NCBI GenBank assembly: GCA_963806535.1
Contig: CAWDYC010000004.1
Coordinates: forward strand, 128,001-192,000
Direction of reading: 5' to 3'
Source of the DNA: Candidatus Bathyarchaeota archaeon
GTDB taxonomy: Archaea; Thermoproteota; Bathyarchaeia; Bathyarchaeales; Bathycorpusculaceae
DNA: 64,000 nucleotides
Shown: positions 9,864 through 20,155 of the stretch, one piece after another
How positions within the stretch are numbered: the first letter of the stretch is position 1
How the letters are laid out: each line of letters begins with the position of its first letter
Position numbers and translations under genes: made by a program
Notes under the pieces: model-generated
What the model saw: only the letters and a program-made list of their open reading frames with translations
Database searches by the model: none
What the model was told of the DNA's origin: nothing

Positions 9864-9940
9864 ATGAAAATGTTAAGAGAAAAGATATTAGCTTAGCTGT
9901 TGCGGCAATTCTGCTCTTCTATCTACGGCTATTTCGATTG
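9864..9940 (+). pseudogene. 5' remnant of a secreted-protein gene (signal-peptide-like start only)
   Basis: Purine-rich leader then MKMLREKILA and, after a shift, LAVAAILL; no continuing ORF. Confidence 0.4.
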
Positions 9941-10070
9941 GATGAATTCTGAATCAGATTGACCTAAGTTAGTAGATACGAAAATGATTGTCCTTTAAAA
10001 GGATTTGAATAAATGATAAGAACTCTTAAAAAAACACAAGAACGTTAGAGTTAATTGAAGAAAATTAATG

Positions 10071-10162
10071 TTAAGCGGATTTAGCCAAGTGCTAAACAAC
10101 AGGCAAAGTGTAAAACTCAAGAGGGGCACACTTCACCTCAGATAGCAGCCGAACCCGCTTAA
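10071..10162 (-). ncRNA. long irregular hairpin, candidate ncRNA
   Basis: TTAAGCGGG/TCCGCTTAA, TGCTA/TAGCA, AGGTGAAGTGTG/TACACTTTGCCT; G-U pairs work on the minus strand; TTTTATAT upstream at ~10217-10224. Confidence 0.45.
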
Positions 10163-10393
10163 GCAATCACTGGCTCTTAGCTTTTTTCGTTGTTAAAGAG
10201 ACTACGATTTAAGAGAATATAAAACAATGTTGTCTCAAATTGAACCAACAACTCTATTCCTTGACCTCGCCAAAAGAGGATTGAAAAAGATTTATGCGGG
10301 CTGTAGTGAGAGGCGTAATTGAGTTTTAGTCCGGTTATTTTACACATTTTGTTTGCGCAAAATAATTAAACAGTTTTGCACTATTAGAAATTC

Positions 10394-10822
10394 ATGACCA
10401 ACAACAAATTTACCCCTGAACTTGTTGCGCCTTGCGGAATGAATTGTGCCATTTGCAGAGCTTACGTCTCTTATACACATGGGGTACCGCGGGTAAGAGG
10501 GAAAATAACATATTGCGCCGGCTGCGTTCCCAGAGCCAAAAACTGCTACATCAAACGAGGCTGTAAAAAACTTTCCAAACACCAATTCCAATCCTGCAGC
10601 GAATGCGACACTATGCCCTGTGAAAAACTTGCTCATCTCGACAAACGTTACCGCGAACGCTATGACATGAGCATGGTAGAAAACCTAAAACTGCTGAAAG
10701 CCAAGGGCATGGCTGAATTCCTTAAGAGTCAAACACAAAAGTACACTTGCCCAAACTGCGAGGATGTAATTTGTGTGCATGATGCAAAATGCTTAGCATG
10801 TGGCTACAAAAGAAAAGCCTAA
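10394..10822 (+). CDS. DUF3795-like Cys-rich protein
   Basis: VAPCGMNCAIC...CAGC...C.IK.GC...CSEC..PC plus C-terminal CxxC pairs. Confidence 0.8.
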   Translation: MTNNKFTPELVAPCGMNCAICRAYVSYTHGVPRVRGKITYCAGCVPRAKNCYIKRGCKKLSKHQFQSCSECDTMPCEKLAHLDKRYRERYDMSMVENLKLLKAKGMAEFLKSQTQKYTCPNCEDVICVHDAKCLACGYKRKA

Positions 10823-11204
10823 GTCACCATACTTTTCAACAATTTCTCTAATTATATTCATGTTTCGAGTTGTAGCTTTTAACTTCAGTTTTGACTCAAT
10901 AAACGGATTGGGTAACGCTCCTTCTCCACCACCATGGGTTTCACTGAAAACTTCCGTACCTTTGGATGAGATTACTTGAGCGGTTGATTTTGGAATTGTT
11001 GTTGGCAATTCGATTGGAAATTTTGTTGAGGTATTTGCAAGAAAAGTGACTAGAAAGCTTGTGTCTTCTTTGTTTTGTTTCTTGAAGGGTTCACTGTTCA
11101 ATTATTTTTTCAAGCTGAGTGATTGTGCGGATAAATACAGCTACATTGTAGCCCAATGTCTCTTGAAGTTTAATCTCTATTTTCTTTTTTGATTTCTTCA
11201 ACAT
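10793..11204 (-). CDS. hypothetical protein (frameshifted; boundaries approximate)
   Basis: ORF track fragment plus upstream coding-like frame from ATG 11204. Confidence 0.4.
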
Positions 11205-11358
11205 TTCCAGGGTCAATTTCAAAAATTACGTTGCCGCTCTGTTTATAGGTGGAAATTTTTTGAAAGCCCAAAGAAGTGAAGGTTTCTTGCAGCTTCTCTT
11301 TTTTAACAAAGTGTCCGCCAACATTGATTCCTCTTAAGGAAAGCTACAAAACGAGGCA

Positions 11359-12269
11359 TTATTTCATCAGTTTTAGCATTATTGCTTTAGCCGAGTATAA
11401 TCGGTTTTCTGCCTGCTCATAAATCACCGACTTCGGACTCTCAATGGCTTCAGCGCTTATTTCGTACCCGCGGTGAATCGGCATGTCATGCATAATGTAG
11501 GCGTCGCTTCCTTTGAGTAGTTCAGCGTTGATTTGGTAGGGCATCATAAGTTTAATCCGCTTCTCCTTCTCCGCCGCAAATTTGGGGTCAGTGAAAAACT
11601 CCATATCAATCCATGTGTCAGTGTAAACAAAATCTGCCTCTTTAACGGCTTTTTTTGCATCTAAAGTTGATTGCCAAAGCCCAGTTTTGTTGGCTTCAGC
11701 CAGCATCTCTTCATCTCGTGCTGCTTCATTAAAAATCGGGGTAACCGTTGTTATTTTGACTCCTGTTTTTGTGCAGCCCTCAATTAGCGAGTTGCAAACA
11801 TTGTTGTGAACACCAATGTAAACCAGTTTAGCGCCTTTAAGAGTGCCCTTTTTCTCTTTTATGGTGATTAAGTCAGCTAATGGCTTGGCTTGGATGATAC
11901 TTCTCGTCGCAACCGTTGATTACTGGAACACGCGATGCTTTAGCCATCTTCAACAAATCCGTGTCATAAAGCAATCTAGCCATGATGCAGTCAACATTAC
12001 GCGATAAATACTGAATCTCATCGGTTATGTCTGCCATCGTGAAGTTGGTTGTTCGCCAATCAATAAATAAGCCATGACCGCCAAGCTGAGTAGCTGCAAC
12101 CTCAAAAGAAACCCTTGTCCGAGTGGAAGTTTTCTGAAAAATCAAGGCAGATGATTTACCCTCAAACGCTTTACTAGTATTTTTTGGGGTTGTGCTTAAC
12201 TTCGATGCCTAAATCAACCAATGCATTAAGCTCTTGGCTGGATAATTCTTTGAAATTAATCAGATGCAT
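11359..12269 (-). CDS. argF: ornithine carbamoyltransferase (frameshifted)
   Basis: FQKTSTRTRVSF, HPSQA, YTDTW, HDMP.HRG.E, QAENR. Confidence 0.9.
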
Positions 12270-12364
12270 CTATCTTTGCCTTCCAGATACGCTGACGAGC
12301 CAGCAATTATAAGCTTTATGGAAACCCTTTTCACTCAAATCATACACAATAAGACTGAACCAGC

Positions 12365-13197
12365 ATGATTCTCCTCGTAGCCTCAAAAAAAGACATTGCA
12401 AGCCTAAACATCAAAAAGCAAATCCTAAAGCACTATCCCTTTAAAAAAACTTCTCAAAACCTTCCAAGAAAACTCCATCTACAACGCGAATTTAAACGGC
12501 AAAGACATCATGCTTGTAACTTTGAACCAGGAATCTGTTAATGCACAAAATCTGCCTGAATGTTTTCCCAATTCAGAAATAATCGTCTTTATCTCAAGGC
12601 ATAGCAGTGCAAGTGGCAGACCAACATTGTCTGTTCACACGCCTGGAAACTTTGATGAAGCAGGGCTAGGCGGCTTGCCAAAAACTCGTCTCAGTTTCTC
12701 CTGCAAAAGCCATGAGCGACGCCTTAAAAGCGCTTTTACACTATAAAGAAGAGTTAAGCCTTGACTATGAAGTGTCATATGAGGTCACTCATCATGGTCC
12801 AAGCCTAAATGTGCCCGCGATGTTTGTTGAGTTAGGCAGCTCAGAGAAGCAATGGAGAGATTCTAAGGCTGCAGAAGCTGTTGCTCACTCAGCGATGCAT
12901 GCAATAGCTAATTTTTCAAAACCTGCTAACTCTTGCTCGGCGGTTCTAGGCATCGGTGGAACGCATTATAATCAGAAATTTACGTGCATGGCTTTGGTCG
13001 GAGAAGCTATTTTCGGTCACATGATACCTAAACATGCTGTTTGCAAAATTGATTCAGAAATGTTATTGCAATGCAGGACGAAGACTTTTGAGAAGGTTTC
13101 GCTGGCCATTCTTGATTGGAAAGGAATCAAAAGCGAAGACAAACCAAAACTTTTGTCTGCTCTGCAGGATGTGGGGTTGCCTTTCAAGAAAGTTTAA
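12365..13197 (+). CDS. dtdA: D-aminoacyl-tRNA deacylase, archaeal DTD2 type (frameshifted)
   Basis: SRHSS, SVHTPGN, EVTHHGPS, FVELGS, GIGGTHY, GHMIPK. Confidence 0.92.
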
Positions 13198-13299
13198 TGC
13201 GTTATAACAAGCTTTAAAAGGTTAATTATGGTTGCTTTTAAACTCTAAGTTACAGTAACGTTTATTATTCATAAATGAAATCTTGAGTGTGCGATAAGT

Positions 13300-13500
13300 A
13301 TGGGAATAAAATCTTGGCTACAGCAAGCAGCAAGAACTTTAAAGTTAGCTGTTAAACCTGGAAGAGAGGAGCTGTGGCTATCAATAAAAATTAGCCTTTT
13401 AGGCATAGGTGCAGTTGGTTTAATTGGTTTCGTTATTAAACTTTTATCCTATGCTGTAGGCGGCGCGGCTTCACCGGCATCACCGACACCAACACCTTAG
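13300..13500 (+). CDS. secE: protein translocase SecE/Sec61-gamma
   Basis: RTLKLAVKPGREE...TM GLIGFVI; located before spt5. Confidence 0.9.
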   Translation: MGIKSWLQQAARTLKLAVKPGREELWLSIKISLLGIGAVGLIGFVIKLLSYAVGGAASPASPTPTP

Positions 13501-13514
13501 AAGGAAACTTATTT

Positions 13515-13985
13515 ATGGACAAGAAAGAAGAGCAAAGACAAGTAAAAATTTTCGTTGTCAAAACAACAACTGGGCAAGAACGCAACGTTGCAAGATTGAT
13601 TGCGTCAAAAGTTGAAATGAACCATATTCCAATAAAAGCTCTTCTTGTACCCGACACATTGAAAGGCTACGTGTTTGTTGAAGCTGATGGACCACATCTT
13701 GTGGAAGAAGCAATCACAGGCTTAAGGCATGTGCGATCCAGAATCCCTGGGCTCGTAAGCTTTGCCGAAATAGAACGGTACATCGTCCGAAAACCAGTCA
13801 TGGAAGACCTCAACGAAGATGACGTCGTCGAAATTACTGGTGGACCATTCAAAGGTATGCGTGCAAAAATCACAAGACTTGACAAGTCAAAAGGCGAAGT
13901 TACCCTCGAACTGCTTGAGGCAACATTCACTTTGCCAATCACAGTACATTCAGATTATGTAAAACTAGTAGAGAAAGCAAAATAA
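13515..13985 (+). CDS. spt5: transcription elongation factor Spt5
   Basis: KTTTGQE, KGYVFVEA, KOW motif VEITGGPFKG. Confidence 0.96.
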   Translation: MDKKEEQRQVKIFVVKTTTGQERNVARLIASKVEMNHIPIKALLVPDTLKGYVFVEADGPHLVEEAITGLRHVRSRIPGLVSFAEIERYIVRKPVMEDLNEDDVVEITGGPFKGMRAKITRLDKSKGEVTLELLEATFTLPITVHSDYVKLVEKAK

Positions 13986-13998
13986 TTGGTGAAATGAT

Positions 13999-14487
13999 AT
14001 GGGAGAGAAAAAAGTTGTAGAATTGCTCGTAAATGGAGGACAAGCCAATGCAGGTCCACCATTAGGTCCTGCTTTAGGTCCATTAGGTCTAAACGTTATG
14101 GCTGTCGTCACTAAAATTAACGAGCTTACCAAAGACTATGCTGGAATGAAGGTTCCAGTAAAAATCACCGCTGATACAGAGGATAAAAGCTTCGAGGTTT
14201 CCGTTGGCACTCCAACCGCTTCAGCTTTAATCGTTGCTGAATTGAAAATTGAGAAAGGCTCAGGAACACCTAACACTGTTAAAGTAGGCAACTTGTCTAT
14301 GGAACAGATGGTGAGAATAGCCAAAATTAAGGGTCCTCAGCTTTTATCGCCAACTCTCAAGAAAGCAACAAAAGAAATGCTTGGAACCTGCGTTAGCTTA
14401 GGCGTCACTGTTGAAGGAAAAGACCCCCGTGAAGTCCAAAAAGAAATTGATGCTGGCACCTACGAGTCGCTATTTGGTACTGAATAA
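13999..14487 (+). CDS. rpl11: 50S ribosomal protein L11
   Basis: [18 protein letters not shown]. Confidence 0.97.
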   Translation: MGEKKVVELLVNGGQANAGPPLGPALGPLGLNVMAVVTKINELTKDYAGMKVPVKITADTEDKSFEVSVGTPTASALIVAELKIEKGSGTPNTVKVGNLSMEQMVRIAKIKGPQLLSPTLKKATKEMLGTCVSLGVTVEGKDPREVQKEIDAGTYESLFGTE

Positions 14488-14545
14488 TGATAAGCGAATA
14501 TTTTTATAATCGATTTCCAATCCCTCATTGGCACGAGGCTTAAAA

Positions 14546-15197
14546 ATGCCCCTAGACAACAAGACAATATTAGAAGCAATTAAACAGGCAAAGGCGAAGT
14601 CTGGCGACAAAAAATTCAACCAGACCGTAGATATGATCTTAGATATCATGGAGATCGATATGAAGTCGCCAGAAGGCAAAATCCAAGAGGTTGTTGAGCT
14701 TCCTCACGATACTGGAAAGCCAAACAAGGTTTGTGTTATTGCTTCTGGAGAATTTGCAATGAAAGCAAAAAACGCGCAAGCTGAATATGTTATTGAACGT
14801 GCTGATTTAGACGCGTTAAATGGCAAAAAGAAAGAATTACGAAAGCTTGCCAGCGCAATATGATGTTTTCATTTCTGAAGCTCCGTTAATGCCGCTTGTC
14901 GGTAGGATTCTTGGTCCAGTTTTGGGTCCAAGAGGAAAGATGCCTATTCCTGTTGCACCTAATGCGGACATTGCAGCTCTCATTAAGAAGCATCGTAAAA
15001 CGGTGGTTGTGAGAATGCGTAACCAACCGATTATTCAGGTTTCCGTTGGTACTCAACAGATGAAGGATGAAGAGCTTGTCGATAACACAATGGCTGTTCT
15101 TCGTGTTTTAGATGGAAAACTCAAGCGTGGCTTGAAAAACGTAAAGTACGCTTTCTTCAAGACATCTATGGGTGAACCAGTAAAAATTAAACCTTAA
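14546..15197 (+). CDS. rpl1: 50S ribosomal protein L1 (1-bp frameshift)
   Basis: KFNQTVD, LGPVLGPRGKMP, KTSMG. Confidence 0.95.
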
Positions 15198-15213
15198 CAA
15201 GAGAAGAGAAATT

Positions 15214-16081
15214 ATGCCGTCCCAACAAGTATTAGAAGAAAAATCAACTGAAGTAGAAGCAATAAAGGACATACTGAAAGAACATAAATCCATAGGCATC
15301 GCTAGCCTGAAAAAGGTTCGTGCTTCCCAACTTCAAGAACTAAAGAAAAGCATGGCTGGCAAAGTTTACCTACGCGTGTTAAAGAACACATTAATGCGGA
15401 TAGCTATTGAAGAAATGAATCAAGCAGACTTAAAAAAGCTTGAAGTGTACTTGGATGGCTCAAACGTTTACTTGTTCTCAGACATAAACCCTTTCAAACT
15501 AGCTTTAATGCTGGAAAGAGGCAAAGTAAAAACAACCGCCAAATCAGGCGACATAGCTGCCATGGACGTAATTGTTCCAGCAGGCAACACTGCTCAACCT
15601 CCAGGCCCAATCATTAGCCAACTAAACGGCGTTGGTCTACCAACAAGAATCGAATCAGGCAGCGTCTGGGTCAGCAAAGATACATTGGTCGTTCGCAGAG
15701 GAGAAGTAATCAGCGAACAACTCGCAGGTGTTCTCTCAAAACTTGGAATTAAAGCGGTTGAACTCGGTATTTCGATGCGAGCGGTTTTTGATAATGGCTT
15801 AATGATTACCGGTGACCAACTCAAAGTTGACGTTGATGCGACACGAAAAAGCGTTGAACAAAGCAACCAAGAAGCTTTCGCCTTAGCAATGGAAATCTCT
15901 TATACAACCAAAGAAACAATCAAGCCACTACTTGCAGAGTGCACATCAAAAGGCTCTTGCGTTAGCCGTTAGTGCTGCGATACCTACCAAAGAAACAATT
16001 GGCGACTTAATCCGAAAAGCAAACATGGAAATGACAAGTCTAATCGGTGCAGTCGACAAAGCCAAGCCAAAAGCAGCCTAA
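15214..16081 (+). CDS. rpl10: 50S ribosomal protein L10/P0 (frameshift near 3' end)
   Basis: VLKNTL, PAGNTAQPPGP, LSKLGIK; corrected end ...DKAKPKAA*. Confidence 0.95.
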
Positions 16082-16215
16082 TAATATCTCTCTTTTTAGT
16101 TTATTATTTCTCAAAACTAGGACTTCTCAGCTGGGGCTTCAATTTCATGTCTTAGTTTTGATAAGGCTTAATAGTTTCTTACGTCGTGTACATTTAAATT
16201 ATAATGTGACTAGCC

Positions 16216-17505
16216 ATGGTTGATGTTTGGCTTCCCTACGGAAAAACCGACGTGTGTGTACGAGTTCCAGCCCGAAACCTTCTTGGAACAATCGAACCTG
16301 TAGACTGGTCAGGTGTACCAGATCCCAAAGTTGAAGTTGAGAGAGCTCTAAAAAATCCCATCCCAGTTGGTTCCAAACGTTTGAGCGAAATTGCTAAAGC
16401 TGAAAGCAAAGTCGCAATAGTTGTTGACGACGCAACACGCAAAGCGCCAAACGAATTGATGCTTTTACCAGTACTCGCCGAGTTAAGCCTAGCTGGCGTA
16501 AAAGACGAGAATATCACAATTATTTTTGGTTGCGGAACGCATCGGGCAGTTAAACCTGAAGAAGCGACAGCAATTCTTGGCGTAGAAATAACCAAGCGAA
16601 TAAAAGCTGTTAGTCACGATTGCAAAGCGCAAGATTTGGTTAACATAGGGACGACGAAAACACATGGCAACAAAGTGTACGTTAACCGCGTTTTTGCTGA
16701 GGCAGATGTGCGTGTGCTTTTGGGTGATGTTGGTTTTCACTATTATGCAGGTTACGGCGGTGGCAGAAAAAGCGTTTTACCCGCAGTTAGCGGAGAAGAA
16801 ACCATCAAACATAACCATTCAATGCTTCTGCATGCTAACGCCCGAAGCGGCAACTTGGCTGAGAACCCTGTGCATCAGGACATGACTGAAGGGGCAAGAT
16901 TAGCCAAAGTTGACTTCATTGTTAACACCGTTGAAAATAAGAAAGGTGAAATCGTAAAGGCATTCGCCGGAGATTTAGAGCAGGCTTTTTCTGAAGCTGT
17001 AAAACTTGTTGACGAAATGTTTCGTGTAACTGTGGAACGCCGGGCTGACATCTTAGTTGTGAGTGCGGGCGGATATCCAGCGGACATAAACCTCTATCAA
17101 GCTTACAAAGCCTTAGACAACTCTCTAGACGCGGTCAAACGGGGAGGAGTAATAATTCTTGTCGCTGAATGCACCGAAGGTCATGGAAATCAGGTGTTCT
17201 ACGATTGGATGACGCGTTTGGGTGATTTGAAGAATGTCGAGCATGAAATAAAACGCAACTTTGTCATGGGCGGACACAAAGCCTATTACCTCCTAAAAGC
17301 CCTGCAAAACCACCAAATTATCCTTGTCTCTTCCATGCCCGATTACTATGCCACAAGCATATTCAAACTCAAAACAGCTCGGGCAGTAAACGATGCTTTA
17401 ACCGAAGCGCTAAAAATTGCTGGTTCAGCCTCAAGGGTCTGGGCAATGCCACATGGCAGCTACACATTGCCAGTGTTTAAGGCTCCAGACGAAACAAATA
17501 CTTAG
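16216..17505 (+). CDS. larA: nickel-dependent lactate racemase LarA family
   Basis: DDATR, GCGTHR, HYYAGYGGGRKS, GGYPADINLYQA.K. Confidence 0.88.
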   Translation: MVDVWLPYGKTDVCVRVPARNLLGTIEPVDWSGVPDPKVEVERALKNPIPVGSKRLSEIAKAESKVAIVVDDATRKAPNELMLLPVLAELSLAGVKDENITIIFGCGTHRAVKPEEATAILGVEITKRIKAVSHDCKAQDLVNIGTTKTHGNKVYVNRVFAEADVRVLLGDVGFHYYAGYGGGRKSVLPAVSGEETIKHNHSMLLHANARSGNLAENPVHQDMTEGARLAKVDFIVNTVENKKGEIVKAFAGDLEQAFSEAVKLVDEMFRVTVERRADILVVSAGGYPADINLYQAYKALDNSLDAVKRGGVIILVAECTEGHGNQVFYDWMTRLGDLKNVEHEIKRNFVMGGHKAYYLLKALQNHQIILVSSMPDYYATSIFKLKTARAVNDALTEALKIAGSASRVWAMPHGSYTLPVFKAPDETNT

Positions 17506-17595
17506 ACAACTTGCAATAATCCCAAAGCAACTAATTGAACATAAAGCGCAAACTTTAAGTTTAAACAGTGAAATGTGGATAAAGAAGGCGTCAAA

Positions 17596-18072
17596 ATGCA
17601 ACAAACCTTCAAACTACGCAAATTCGTCCCAAATGACTTACAAAATGTAATGCAAATCAACCGTGTTTGTTTACCAGAAAACTACACTGACTTCTTCTTT
17701 ATGGACCTGCATCAGCGTTTTCCAGAGACCTTCATTGTAGCAGAAGAAAATGGCGAGATCGCAGGCTACATAATGTGCCGAATTGAAGTCGGTTTATCAA
17801 ATTATGGGTTCGGCGGCTTAGTTAGAAAAGGACATGTAGTGTCCATAGCAGTTATGCCACAGTATCGACGCAAAGGCATTGCCCAAGCAGTAATCAATAA
17901 GGCGTTGGAAGGCATGCAATATTACAAAGCCAAACAATGCTTCCTAGAAGTTCGGGTAACAAACGACGCAGGAATATCGCTTTATAAGAAATTGGGTTTT
18001 GAAGTTACAAGAACAATAAATGGGTATTACTCTGACGGCGAAGACGCATACGTTATGACAAAACGGCTTTAA
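17596..18072 (+). CDS. N-terminal acetyltransferase (Ard1/RimI GNAT)
   Basis: CLPENY, GHVVSIAV, LEVRVTN, YYSDGEDAY. Confidence 0.93.
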   Translation: MQQTFKLRKFVPNDLQNVMQINRVCLPENYTDFFFMDLHQRFPETFIVAEENGEIAGYIMCRIEVGLSNYGFGGLVRKGHVVSIAVMPQYRRKGIAQAVINKALEGMQYYKAKQCFLEVRVTNDAGISLYKKLGFEVTRTINGYYSDGEDAYVMTKRL

Positions 18073-18207
18073 GCAAAAATAGAATATAAAATGACGTAAG
18101 CGTTATTTTCTTGATGGTTTTTCTATTCAAAAACAAAAACTAAACGGACAAGCAACACAACTTCTTTAAAATGCTGAATGCATAATTAGTTTTGAGGAAT
18201 CAAGTTT

Positions 18208-18897
18208 ATGTCGATCCAAAAGATCCCCGAAAAAAACACTGTCTTCTTTGTTTGGCTAAACCAATACTCTGGAATATTGCTGAAAACCCCCAGCAAAACC
18301 CTAGCCATAGACCCAGTTGACGTCAAACCCAAAAGCCTCCAAGGCATAGATGCAATTTTAATAACTCATGAACACTACGACCATTTAGATCCACGATTAA
18401 TCGTTGAAGTTCAAAAAGCAACAGACTGCCTGATAATTGCGGATGCTGCCTCAACCAAGAAACTTCAACACGCCATACCCGTCGAAAAGCTTAAAGAAAT
18501 CAAGCCAGGCGCTGAAACAAAAATCGGCGAAGTCTCAATAAAAGCAGAAAAATGCAACCACACTGCACAAGCACCAGTAACATACATCATAACCAGCGAA
18601 GACGAACTCAAAGTCTACCACACCGCAGACAGCTTGCCTTTCCCAGAACTTGCTGCCATGGGGCAAAAAGAAAAATTTGATGTCGTTTTTTGTACGGTTG
18701 GAATCGCACCTGGTGCCAGTCCACAATCAGGGTTTGAAATAGCACGATTAACTAAGCCACAAGTAGCAGTACCATACCATACAGGATCAAAGGCAAGCCA
18801 AACAGAGTTTGCTGAAATATTAAAGAAGGAATTGCCAAGAACCGCTTGCTTGATTCCGCAACAAAACAAAATTTATCAATTATCAAAAAGGAAGTGA
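18208..18897 (+). CDS. MBL-fold metallo-hydrolase
   Basis: THEHYDH, YHTADS, PYH. Confidence 0.88.
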   Translation: MSIQKIPEKNTVFFVWLNQYSGILLKTPSKTLAIDPVDVKPKSLQGIDAILITHEHYDHLDPRLIVEVQKATDCLIIADAASTKKLQHAIPVEKLKEIKPGAETKIGEVSIKAEKCNHTAQAPVTYIITSEDELKVYHTADSLPFPELAAMGQKEKFDVVFCTVGIAPGASPQSGFEIARLTKPQVAVPYHTGSKASQTEFAEILKKELPRTACLIPQQNKIYQLSKRK

Positions 18898-19532
18898 AAA
18901 AATTGAAAACAGAAACAGCCAGCCAAGAAAAGAAAGATGAAATGGCAAATATACTTCTCAAACTTGATGCGATAAAATTTGGTGTTTTCAAATTATCAAG
19001 TGGAAAAGCCAGTCCCTACTATATTGACCTAAGAGTAATACCAAGCTTTCCAGATGCTTTCAGAGAAATCTGCGACTTCTATGCTGCATACATAAACAAG
19101 TCGGTTGGACTAAAAAACTTTGATAGAATAGCAGGAGTACCTTTGACAGGAATCATTTTTGCATCCCAAATTGCATATAACCTCAAGAAACCGTTCCTTT
19201 TCGTGCGGAAAGGTGTTCGATTGCATGGAAGAGCAAGAAGGGTCGAAGGAGTCTTAGCATCAGGAGATAAAGTTCTTCTAATTGACGATTTAATTACCAC
19301 TGGGCTTTCCCTCAAAAAAGCTGCAGCGGCAGTAAGAGCGGAAGGTGGAGTTGTAACGGATGCAGTTGTTTTTCTAGACCGGGAAGAAGGCGGAAAACAT
19401 CAACTTGAAAAATGCGGAATAAAACTTCATGGCCTATTGAAAATAAGCGAAATAGCAAATGCGCTTTACGAGATTGGCTCCATAGATCAAGATAGCCTTA
19501 AAACGATCTTAAAACAAATAAAAAAGAACTAA
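18894..19532 (+). CDS. pyrE: orotate phosphoribosyltransferase
   Basis: FKLSSGKASPYYIDLR, LIDDLITTG. Confidence 0.95.
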   Translation: MKKLKTETASQEKKDEMANILLKLDAIKFGVFKLSSGKASPYYIDLRVIPSFPDAFREICDFYAAYINKSVGLKNFDRIAGVPLTGIIFASQIAYNLKKPFLFVRKGVRLHGRARRVEGVLASGDKVLLIDDLITTGLSLKKAAAAVRAEGGVVTDAVVFLDREEGGKHQLEKCGIKLHGLLKISEIANALYEIGSIDQDSLKTILKQIKKN

Positions 19533-19540
19533 AAACAAAC

Positions 19541-20101
19541 TTACTCGTAAAATATTAGGCTAGTCTCTTCAAGTAGCGTATGCAATTTTTCGACGGCTAC
19601 ATAAACGTCTTGTTCTTGTTTGGCTCCGGTACAAACAAGTTTTCCGCTGGCAAAAAGCAAAACCACAACTTTGGGCTCTGCCATTCTGTAAATCAACCCT
19701 GGGAACTGTTCAGGCTCATACATCGCGTGTTCAAGGGTGTAAGCGGCTTTTTCCAAATCAATCATGCCTCCGAGCCCCCCTGAAGCAACAATATTTTGAA
19801 TCTTAAGTTCAGGTTTGCTGATAATTATGATTCCGCCTTTTTTGAGTTCCTTTACGACTTTTGTGACAGCTCGGCGTGCTTCCTTCTCTGATTTGGCGCC
19901 GGTGCAAACCATTTTTCCTGAGCTAAAAATTAAAGTTGCTGTTTTAGGACGTTTTAATCTGAAAACTAAGCCGGGAAATTGTTCAGGACGATATTCTACA
20001 CCTGGATAGCCTTTAACTACAGCGTTTAAATCCACTTTTTGGTTGAGCGTTGCAGAAGCGACCACGTTCTCAATGCTTATTATTGCTTTAATTCTTGGCA
20101 A
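19541..20101 (-). CDS. tbp: TATA-box binding protein
   Basis: Two YxPEQFPGL...LxFxSGKxVCTGAK repeats. Confidence 0.97.
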   Translation of the reverse strand: MPRIKAIISIENVVASATLNQKVDLNAVVKGYPGVEYRPEQFPGLVFRLKRPKTATLIFSSGKMVCTGAKSEKEARRAVTKVVKELKKGGIIIISKPELKIQNIVASGGLGGMIDLEKAAYTLEHAMYEPEQFPGLIYRMAEPKVVVLLFASGKLVCTGAKQEQDVYVAVEKLHTLLEETSLIFYE

Positions 20102-20155
20102 ACAATTTCCCCTTCTTAAACCGGCCCTTAAATATTCATTTATCAAAGGCTTTCT

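Noticed and set aside
11873-11875. TGA in argF as selenocysteine or readthrough
   Set aside because: The conserved sequence (QAI-ADL) continues in another frame, so it is an indel rather than an in-frame stop
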